Both the position numbers and the translations under genes were made by a program. Source: a virus (Duplodnaviria; Heunggongvirae; Uroviricota; Caudoviricetes). Taken from it: DNA of 18,167 nt. Each line of letters starts with the position of its first letter. Positions within the stretch are counted from its first letter, which is position 1. The stretch is taken from IMG/VR virus record IMGVR_UViG_3300009744_000018; one strand, given 5' to 3'. The notes beneath the pieces are model-generated. The model did not search any database and was not told where the DNA came from. It worked only from the letters and a program-made list of their open reading frames with translations. This document shows positions 1 to 6,737 of the stretch, piece after piece.

Positions 1-216
1 ATTCTCATACATTGCTCTGTATTTACTAAAAAGATACGAAGCCTCACTGTGCAGTAAATCCAGTTCGTACTCAGCCTTTACTATCATCTCTGGCGAAGAA
101 GCCAGGTCTTTAGGGAGAGTTACATTCTTTATTTTTTTCTCCCATAACTTTCTGGCCTCTTTCCATTTTCTTTCGTTAAAATCATCAATTGTTACTGGTA
201 TATTAATTTTACCCAC
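1..216 (-). CDS. Hypothetical helical protein, runs off the left edge (partial; not in the ORF track)
   Basis: Manual translation gives an open frame from GTG at 216 (or 222, or ATT at 207) to base 1: VGKINIPVTIDDFNERKWKEARKLWEKKIKNVTLPKDLASSPEMIVKAEYELDLLHSEASYLFSKYRAMYEN. GGAGGT lies in the primase 3' end. The exact start is uncertain. Confidence 0.65.
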   Translation of the reverse strand, partial: MGKINIPVTIDDFNERKWKEARKLWEKKIKNVTLPKDLASSPEMIVKAEYELDLLHSEASYLFSKYRAMYEN

Positions 217-1450
217 CTCCACTTACTGAAGCAGCTTTTTTCTTTAAAGCGTCAATACTTATACCCAAGCTATTAGATAATGAACTCAGCGCTATTTCTG
301 TCTCAATTCTATCCAGCCTATCTCCAAAAGTTTCTGCAACATTTTCTATTGCTTTTCTTTGAGCTTCATTTACTTCTAAATTAAACTCTTCTAAATATTT
401 ATTTGCATAAAACTGCTCTGGGGTTTTTGCATTTTTAAGAATCCAGTCTTTAAATTTAGCTCCCATAATATTTGCCATATCATCAGGGTCCATATTATTT
501 TTGCAGTGAACTATCTTCAGTAGTATGTTTTGTTTATCGAACAAATCTAAACTACGATGTATAGCTTTAACTCCGGAATCGTCTCCGTCAAGAAACAGTA
601 TTATATTTTTTGTAAAGCGACTCATTAATTTTATCTGTTCTTCTGTAATCGCAATTCCCATTGATGCGACTACATTTTCAACCCCGACTTTATGAGCTGA
701 AGCAACATCCATATATCCCTCAAACCAGATTACAAAGTTGTTTGTCCTGATTGACTTTTTCGCAAGGTCTAGGCCATATATTAATTTCTTTTTCTTAAAT
801 AAAGGATTCTTAGTCTTGCTGCTGTTTACATACTTTGCATATTTACCTTCGTCTTTAGGTAAACTCCTGCCTGAAAACCCACAGATTTCTCCATAGTGGT
901 TGAATACAGGAAATATAATACGGTTTGTAAACTTCTTATATTCATCATCATTTAGAAAATCTTCGTTACAATAGCCAAGTTTATATTTATCTATAACCTC
1001 TTTAGTTAATCCTCTTTCGTTCATCAAGTAATCTTTGGCAAAAGAGTATTCTTTTTTATTCATCAGATTATTATAAAAAACTCTTGCCTTCTGCATCATA
1101 TCTTCTCTTTGGCTTCTTACCCTTTTAAACTTCTCATTTTCTTCAGATGGTATTTCAAGTCCAGCCCTTTCTGCAAGTTTTATAACTGCTTCTGGAAAAC
1201 TTAGACCTTCCATCTGTTCAAGTAGAGCTATGGAATCCATAATGTTTGTGTCACAACCAAAACAATAGGCAGAATCATTATCGAAAATTGTCATTGATGG
1301 TGTCTTTTTATCCTCATGATTAGGGAGTGGGCAGTTACATTTATACCTACCACCCTCCCCTTTTCTTTCAATGTTTGTATATTCAGACATAGTTTCTATT
1401 AGAGGATTAGCTCTTTTAACTTCATTTATAAATTCATCATCGAAGTGCAT
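209..1450 (-). CDS. dnaG: DnaG-type DNA primase (CHC2 zinc finger + TOPRIM)
   Basis: Zn finger CPLPNHEDKKTPS...YCFGC; RIIFPV...GFSGR; KYVNS; TOPRIM motifs FEGYMDV and FLDGDDSG. RBS GGGGGTGA. At 413 aa it is shorter than typical cellular DnaG. Confidence 0.95.
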   Translation of the reverse strand: MHFDDEFINEVKRANPLIETMSEYTNIERKGEGGRYKCNCPLPNHEDKKTPSMTIFDNDSAYCFGCDTNIMDSIALLEQMEGLSFPEAVIKLAERAGLEIPSEENEKFKRVRSQREDMMQKARVFYNNLMNKKEYSFAKDYLMNERGLTKEVIDKYKLGYCNEDFLNDDEYKKFTNRIIFPVFNHYGEICGFSGRSLPKDEGKYAKYVNSSKTKNPLFKKKKLIYGLDLAKKSIRTNNFVIWFEGYMDVASAHKVGVENVVASMGIAITEEQIKLMSRFTKNIILFLDGDDSGVKAIHRSLDLFDKQNILLKIVHCKNNMDPDDMANIMGAKFKDWILKNAKTPEQFYANKYLEEFNLEVNEAQRKAIENVAETFGDRLDRIETEIALSSLSNSLGISIDALKKKAASVSGGG

Positions 1451-1464
1451 TCAGTCACCCCCTA

Positions 1465-1785
1465 TTAGTAATTTTTTCTCATAAATTCTGCTAAATAGTA
1501 TTTTTCATCTTCATAATCAAAGTAGGCGTAAGCTTCTCCTTCGTTGCCATATTCCCACTCTTCGTCGTAAAAAATTTCAGCTTCTTCGATATCCTTACTG
1601 CCGCTATCCCAAACTTCCTGTACAAATACTCCATCACCAGATTTATTAACCAGGATAACCATACCACCAAAATTGCTCTGTGTCAAATAGGCAGTGTTTT
1701 CTATATCATCAAGTGTATCTAGTTTTTTTCTTTCCATAATTTCTTTTAATTCTTCTAAATCAAATGCTATTACTGTTGCTCCCAT
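1465..1785 (-). CDS. Hypothetical acidic protein (106 aa; start revised from 1818 to 1785)
   Basis: RBS AGGGGTGA lies 8 nt before ATG at 1785 (MGATVIAF...). This start removes the overlap with the upstream ORF. The protein ends YFDYEDEKYYLAEFMRKNY. Confidence 0.8.
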   Translation of the reverse strand: MGATVIAFDLEELKEIMERKKLDTLDDIENTAYLTQSNFGGMVILVNKSGDGVFVQEVWDSGSKDIEEAEIFYDEEWEYGNEGEAYAYFDYEDEKYYLAEFMRKNY

Positions 1786-1786
1786 A

Positions 1787-2032
1787 TTAATTTTCACCCC
1801 TTTTATTTTTGTTGTCAACTACTTTTTGCGCTTCTTCTTTAGATTTATAAACCTCATCCCAATCAAGGTTTATATATTCATCCATTTTGCCTAACTCAAC
1901 ATGCCAGCCTCCGAAAGAACATTCTCCAAACTCAGCCTTTTTTAAAAAATCATTAACCTCTTCTTTGCTGTGTTCTCCGATATCCATTAATCCATAGCTT
2001 TTACATTTGCTGCACTGACCTACTATAAACAT
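1787..2032 (-). CDS. Hypothetical protein, possible Zn-binding (CSKC...C...H)
   Basis: 81-aa ORF with RBS AGGAGGG 8 nt upstream and a CxxC near the N-terminus. Metal binding is inferred. Confidence 0.75.
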   Translation of the reverse strand: MFIVGQCSKCKSYGLMDIGEHSKEEVNDFLKKAEFGECSFGGWHVELGKMDEYINLDWDEVYKSKEEAQKVVDNKNKRGEN

Positions 2033-2051
2033 ATATATATCCCTCCTTTTT

Positions 2052-2216
2052 TTATTCTTTAATTCTTTTCATGACTTCTTCTTTACAGTATCTTAGTTCT
2101 CTATAGGATTTTTTAGTGTTTTTTATATATGCTTCTCCTGCTAAACTTTCAAATACTTCCAGTAATCTTTCGTTAGAAAGTTTGCTAATCCACTTTTTAG
2201 TGATTCTTTCGCTCAT
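2052..2216 (-). CDS. Hypothetical small basic protein (54 aa; not in the ORF track)
   Basis: Manual translation MSERITKKWISKLSNERLLEVFESLAGEAYIKNTKKSYRELRYCKEEVMKRIKE*. RBS AAGGGGGT lies 5 nt before ATG. The ORF fills the gap between dut and the 81-aa ORF. Confidence 0.75.
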   Translation of the reverse strand: MSERITKKWISKLSNERLLEVFESLAGEAYIKNTKKSYRELRYCKEEVMKRIKE

Positions 2217-2234
2217 CTTGTACCCCCTTATTTC

Positions 2235-2257
2235 GGGGGCACAAGGCCCCCTTTTTT
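2235..2257 (+). terminator. Intrinsic-terminator-like hairpin facing the antisense (+) direction
   Basis: GGGGGC-ACAAG-GCCCCC followed by TTTTTT on the + strand: a 6-bp all-GC stem plus T6. There is no U-run after the stem on the coding (-) strand. Confidence 0.45.
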
Positions 2258-2753
2258 ACTGTTTACCTGTTGAACCTATTCCGCCCCTATTCTCATTTTC
2301 TAAATCTTCAACAATCTTAAAATTAATATCAGGCATCTTTTTATTGATTCTAAATTGACAGACCCTGTCATTTTTAGATATTTTTCCATCTTTTAATGCA
2401 TATCCCATAAATATCCATTGGTCATTATTTCCATTATAGCTTTCGTCTATAATCCCAAAATGGTTGAGCTGTATTAATCCGTAGTGTTTAAATGTGCTGC
2501 TTCTTGGCACTGCATTAGCTTCATAACCTTTAGGAAGCTCCATTGCTACTCCCAAACCTATTTTTAACACATCACCTTTTTTAAAACTTAACTCTTTTCC
2601 TTTGGGGTCTGCTTTACTTATTTCAACAAAAGACTTCTTATTCCTGCTTAATTTGACTGAGCTGACTCTCAAATCAACCCAGTCACCATGCTCTACTTTT
2701 TTTAATTTATCTATATTTTTATCTAAATACTTTATTTTAATTTCCTCTGACAA
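2256..2753 (-). CDS. dut: Trimeric dUTPase
   Basis: Motifs DWVDL, PRSS, GIIDESYNG, RVCQF and C-terminal RGGIGSTG. TTG start with AAGGAGG upstream. Confidence 0.93.
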   Translation of the reverse strand: MSEEIKIKYLDKNIDKLKKVEHGDWVDLRVSSVKLSRNKKSFVEISKADPKGKELSFKKGDVLKIGLGVAMELPKGYEANAVPRSSTFKHYGLIQLNHFGIIDESYNGNNDQWIFMGYALKDGKISKNDRVCQFRINKKMPDINFKIVEDLENENRGGIGSTGKQ

Positions 2754-2755
2754 GA

Positions 2756-3340
2756 TTAGCCAGCCTCCTTGATTTTTTGCATTTTGTTTTTGGTGTAAAT
2801 TCTTATAGCAAGTGACTTTTTAGCAATTACATAAGTTTCAATAGTTTTTGCCAAAATTACAGCCTGTTTAGGACTGATAGAAAACTTAACTTCATCAATA
2901 GGGTTGCCAGAAGGTTTAATCTCTCCTCTATTTCCTACACTACCTCTTCCAATACTGATTTTAAAGTCAAACCAGCCACCTTTGTTAACACCTATTGTTA
3001 ACTTTCTGGATTCCACTCCGTTTACTAAAGGCTGCATTTCCTTACCTTTAAGCTGTTCAGCTAAACCTCTTTTTTTGCTGCCCCCGTAAAATTCATGCCA
3101 GCCAATTGTTTTTGAATAATTGCCGGTTAATATCTGTGATAGACAGCCGTTAAGTTCATCTGCATCCACAAATACAGGATATCTTTTTACAGCTGTGTTG
3201 CTTTTATTATACTGAACATATTCAAGCTTAAAACTGTTGTAATCCTGCACATCCCACTCATCATTGGTTATATCTTTAACAACCAGCATCTCGCCTCTTT
3301 TGTCCATCTTGTGTATTACATTATTATAATAATCACTCAT
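2756..3340 (-). CDS. Hypothetical protein (194 aa, basic, predicted beta-rich)
   Basis: Long ORF with RBS AAGGAGG. No motif could be assigned with confidence. Confidence 0.8.
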   Translation of the reverse strand: MSDYYNNVIHKMDKRGEMLVVKDITNDEWDVQDYNSFKLEYVQYNKSNTAVKRYPVFVDADELNGCLSQILTGNYSKTIGWHEFYGGSKKRGLAEQLKGKEMQPLVNGVESRKLTIGVNKGGWFDFKISIGRGSVGNRGEIKPSGNPIDEVKFSISPKQAVILAKTIETYVIAKKSLAIRIYTKNKMQKIKEAG

Positions 3341-3372
3341 TTATATAACCCTCCTTTTTATTAATAAATCTG

Positions 3373-3642
3373 TCATGCTGCTTTTGAATTTAAAGCCAAA
3401 ACTTTATAAACAAAATATTGATTAAGCAGTTCTTCTTGTTTTCTCTCTTTATAAAGTCTAATTTCGAACTCGGTTTCTTCTTCATTCCAGCTTAGTACAT
3501 CATAACTTTCCAAATCAAAAGCCTCCATAAATGAATCAATTGCATTATCAGGATTTTCAGCTAAAACAGAATAATTATAACATCCTAAATCATAACCTCC
3601 AACCTCATATAGAAATGAAAATTCATACATTTCTTTCTTCAT
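3373..3642 (-). CDS. Hypothetical acidic protein (89 aa)
   Basis: RBS AAGGGGGT; fits the operon-like packing. Confidence 0.8.
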   Translation of the reverse strand: MKKEMYEFSFLYEVGGYDLGCYNYSVLAENPDNAIDSFMEAFDLESYDVLSWNEEETEFEIRLYKERKQEELLNQYFVYKVLALNSKAA

Positions 3643-3657
3643 CTTTAATACCCCCTT

Positions 3658-3813
3658 TTAAAATATATCTTTATTTAATTCTTCGACTATATGGTCAAGA
3701 GCATCATCTAATCTTGTGTTATGCTCTTCCTGAATACTTTTAATAAGAAAATCCTCATCTTCTTCAACGTCAGGATAAAAAAGAATTTCTTCTTTAATAT
3801 TGTCTCCAAACAT
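3658..3813 (-). CDS. Hypothetical very acidic small protein (51 aa; not in the ORF track)
   Basis: Manual translation MFGDNIKEEILFYPDVEEDEDFLIKSIQEEHNTRLDDALDHIVEELNKDIF*. RBS AGGAGGT lies 6 nt upstream. It has 17 D/E and 4 K/R. Confidence 0.8.
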   Translation of the reverse strand: MFGDNIKEEILFYPDVEEDEDFLIKSIQEEHNTRLDDALDHIVEELNKDIF

Positions 3814-3824
3814 AAAATTACCTC

Positions 3825-4016
3825 CTAGTTAAACTCAGAGCTTACAACTTCATCAATTTCTTCGTTTACTATCTGTATTGCATACCCCATATTGGCATTC
3901 TCAACAGCAGAAACTGCTCTTTCAATATTGTCCTCTGTTAATTCAATTTCATTGTCCTCCATTGCTCCTAGAACATCATCTTCTGTCCAAATTAAACATC
4001 CTACCTGTTTACTCAT
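3825..4016 (-). CDS. Hypothetical very acidic small protein (63 aa)
   Basis: RBS AAGGAGG; 16 D/E versus 2 K/R. Confidence 0.8.
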   Translation of the reverse strand: MSKQVGCLIWTEDDVLGAMEDNEIELTEDNIERAVSAVENANMGYAIQIVNEEIDEVVSSEFN

Positions 4017-4031
4017 GATTTATTCCTCCTT

Positions 4032-4223
4032 TTAATAATTCTCATTGTTTATTAAGGTTTCTAATCTCCAACCTGTTAAATCCATCATCAGCTCATCCAC
4101 AACTGCTTTTTTATCAGAGTTAAGTTCGTTATAAAAATCTGTGATATAAATTTCTTTTTTGTCACTTGATACATCATCATTGTTTATAGCATCAACAATT
4201 CTATCAATTAAATTTTCTTCCAT
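4032..4223 (-). CDS. Hypothetical acidic small protein (63 aa; start revised from 4268 to 4223)
   Basis: GGAGG in the thyX 3' end precedes ATG at 4223 (MEENLIDRIV...), directly after the thyX stop codon. Confidence 0.8.
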   Translation of the reverse strand: MEENLIDRIVDAINNDDVSSDKKEIYITDFYNELNSDKKAVVDELMMDLTGWRLETLINNENY

Positions 4224-4224
4224 T

Positions 4225-5841
4225 TTATGCCTCCTTTTTACCTGGTTTAAATAAATCTCTGACCTCACTTTTGTGAATAGTTAAACCACAGCTTTTATGC
4301 TCAGGACAGTAACCTATAACCTGACATTTAGGCTTGATATATTCTCCAAAGATAGGCCATTTGGCCACAACCTGGTTTCTCATCTGCCAGACAATATCTC
4401 TTATTTCCCACTGAGCTCTGGTACATAACCTTTCTTTTGCTAAATCCATAAGTGAATGAAGGTTAATCATTACATCTATTTCTGTTTCAGTTGAATTTGG
4501 AAGTATAAATCTTGCGTCTTCTTTTGGTATCCCCATTTCAACAAATTGATTATATAAATCATGGAGCTTAGAAATCATTTCATCATATTCATAGTGAGTA
4601 AAACTCTCTTTTTTGATGGTATCTGGTGTTACATAACCAAAACCATCCTCATTTACATAGCGCTGTGAACGCTGAGAATTGTGTACAACAAAACCATTAG
4701 CTATAAAATTATGATGTGGATTTTTCATTTCTAAATCATAAGTCATTTCTTTTCCTGAATATTCAATGCTTTTAATTTCTGAAAGTCTTATTTGTTTAAC
4801 TTTTACTCCATAATGCTGGACTGCGTGGCATGTTCTACAAAGCTCTATTAAATTATCATCTGAATCATTTGAAGGGTTTTTATCTATATGATGAACTTCG
4901 GTAAATTTAGTTTCTTTATCGCAAATTTCACATTTATATTTTCTATCAAAATGCCTCTGGACACGAGTATATCCACCAGTATTTTTGATATTATTTCCTT
5001 TCCATTGATGATTTTTTTCTCCTACAAATTTTTCACCTTTTTTATAATTAGGGTTATTTTCTCCTTTTAATTTTTCAGAGCTTATTTTCATTGGTTTATA
5101 ATTATCTTTTGTTTTTCCTTTATTTGGCGGCTCAACACCTAAAGACCAACTTCCTAACTCTTTTTGTAAATTATATTTTCTAATCCATTTCCTAATAGTG
5201 TGATGAGAACAGTTACATAAAGTGGCAATCTTTTTTTGTGATAAATTTTCTTTGTGATATTTTTTTTCTAACCAGTTTTTATCCATATATAATGGCTCTC
5301 CATTTGTGTAAATTATATCTCCTTCTTTTATGTTTTTTAATCTTTTCCAGCCGTTATCTGTTAAAAATTTATGCTCTTTTGTAGATTTTATACTATAACC
5401 ATCTTTTGTTTTTACAGTATAAACATCTTTTATACCAGATTTTATTATGGATATTGGTTTATTTTTAGTAATTATTTTATTTTCTTCATCAACACATCTT
5501 ACGTTTGTGTGTTTTAATCCATTAATTGTAGTATTATAGAGTTCTTTGAGTGTCTTAGGATGTACACTACCATTTTGATAGTCTGAATATATTCTTGTAT
5601 CACCACTTAAACAAAAACTTACCCCCGCTCTTTTTCTTACAAGCTGATGAGAAAACACTCTGCTTCCCTTTTTGATATTAAAATGAAAAGCTGCAAACTC
5701 AGCCATAGAATTATGTCCTGAATTCAATACATTTCTGACTAGCTCTTTTGTCGGTTCCGAATCATAGCAACGACTGGCAGCCATCGCTATACTCATTACT
5801 GGATTATTTGATGTTCCTTCCTCTAATAAGGTCACCTTCAT
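4225..5841 (-). CDS. thyX: Flavin-dependent thymidylate synthase ThyX, intein-containing precursor (538 aa; about 226 aa after splicing)
   Basis: N-extein has SGHNSMAEF and SRVFSHQLVRKRAGVSF. C-extein has SQRSQRY, IPKEDARFILP, ERLCTRAQWEIR and CPEHKSCG. Together these form the ThyX signature, split by an insertion. Confidence 0.93.
   Translation of the reverse strand: MKVTLLEEGTSNNPVMSIAMAASRCYDSEPTKELVRNVLNSGHNSMAEFAAFHFNIKKGSRVFSHQLVRKRAGVSFCLSGDTRIYSDYQNGSVHPKTLKELYNTTINGLKHTNVRCVDEENKIITKNKPISIIKSGIKDVYTVKTKDGYSIKSTKEHKFLTDNGWKRLKNIKEGDIIYTNGEPLYMDKNWLEKKYHKENLSQKKIATLCNCSHHTIRKWIRKYNLQKELGSWSLGVEPPNKGKTKDNYKPMKISSEKLKGENNPNYKKGEKFVGEKNHQWKGNNIKNTGGYTRVQRHFDRKYKCEICDKETKFTEVHHIDKNPSNDSDDNLIELCRTCHAVQHYGVKVKQIRLSEIKSIEYSGKEMTYDLEMKNPHHNFIANGFVVHNSQRSQRYVNEDGFGYVTPDTIKKESFTHYEYDEMISKLHDLYNQFVEMGIPKEDARFILPNSTETEIDVMINLHSLMDLAKERLCTRAQWEIRDIVWQMRNQVVAKWPIFGEYIKPKCQVIGYCPEHKSCGLTIHKSEVRDLFKPGKKEA
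4678..5613 (-). mobile_element. Intein in ThyX (aa 77-388, 312 aa) carrying an HNH endonuclease
   Basis: Block A CLSGDTRIY; block B STKEHKFLT; blocks F/G TYDLEM...FIANGFVVHN followed by Ser+1. Internal CEIC...EVHHIDKNPSNDSDDNLIELCRTCHAVQH is an HNH domain with CxxC pairs. Confidence 0.92.
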
Positions 5842-6101
5842 TATTTTAAAACCACCTTTTCTAAATTTGCTGTTATATAATATTCTGTGTCATTGGATAC
5901 TTCATGCTCAAAACTAGTCTTGCAATTTGTACAGTAAACTTCTTCATCTAAGATGTCCACAGTTTCTTTGTGTTCATAAAACTCCATTTCTACAACCCTT
6001 GGTGAATCCTGACTTTCATGACCCATTGAGTAAACTGTTGATTCTTCTGTGATTCTTTCAGTTACAATTTCTCCCTTTTGGCATACTGGACATTCTACCA
6101 T
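5841..6101 (-). CDS. Zinc-ribbon protein of unknown function (86 aa)
   Basis: CPVC...CTNC; RBS AAGGGGGAG. Its stop overlaps the thyX start (TAATG), suggesting translational coupling. Confidence 0.8.
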   Translation of the reverse strand: MVECPVCQKGEIVTERITEESTVYSMGHESQDSPRVVEMEFYEHKETVDILDEEVYCTNCKTSFEHEVSNDTEYYITANLEKVVLK

Positions 6102-6117
6102 TTAATCTCCCCCTTTT

Positions 6118-6726
6118 TTATTTGAAATAAAATGCAAATTCCTTTTTTTTATTAAAACCAATAAGCTCTAAATCTCTTTTAATGTTGAAGCTTTCTTTTA
6201 AGCTGTTTATTTTTTGGCCAGAAATTTCTTCTATTAACTTGATATCTTTTTTATCCATGTAATCAGCATTAAAATGAACCTTCTTTGATATTATATTTTC
6301 TTTATCATAATCAATAGAGAATGCGTAAATAAAATTTTCATATTTTTCCCTTTTAAATACAGATTTAATATCTTTATAAAACTCATAATCAAAGTTTCTA
6401 AGTGTGATAAATGCGTTTTTGGAATAATAAAATGAAAATAGGTCTTTGTTTACCGAAAATAAATATTTCTGACCTCTTAATCCATATTTGAAAAATTCTT
6501 TCTCTATTTCTAAATTACTTACTGGATGTAGATAGTACACCTCACCATTTGAATTAAATATGTGAGGTATACCATACTTTTACCAATTCCAATTTAATTT
6601 ACTATCTATAATTCTATTTATTTGAGATTTAACATCCTGTTTGTTGTTTGTGTCTCTGTACAAAATATAGTTTTTACTTTTTTTATTTTTTTTTATTTTC
6701 ACATCAAACTCTTTTACACTAAACAA
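6118..6726 (-). pseudogene. About 202-codon gene interrupted by a single in-frame TAA at 6580-6582 (nonsense allele, sequencing error or readthrough)
   Basis: TTG at 6726 has RBS AGGAG 8 nt upstream. It reads 48 codons to TAA, then continues in the same frame (KYGIPHIFNSNGE) into the 140-aa ORF of the track. The GTG at 6540 of that ORF has no properly spaced RBS. Confidence 0.6.
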
Positions 6727-6737
6727 AATATCAACTC

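Noticed and set aside
6580-6582. Genome-wide stop-codon reassignment as the explanation for the in-frame TAA
   Set aside because: TAA terminates most neighbouring genes at their expected lengths (dnaG, dut, thyX, dnaN, recA), so the standard code applies.
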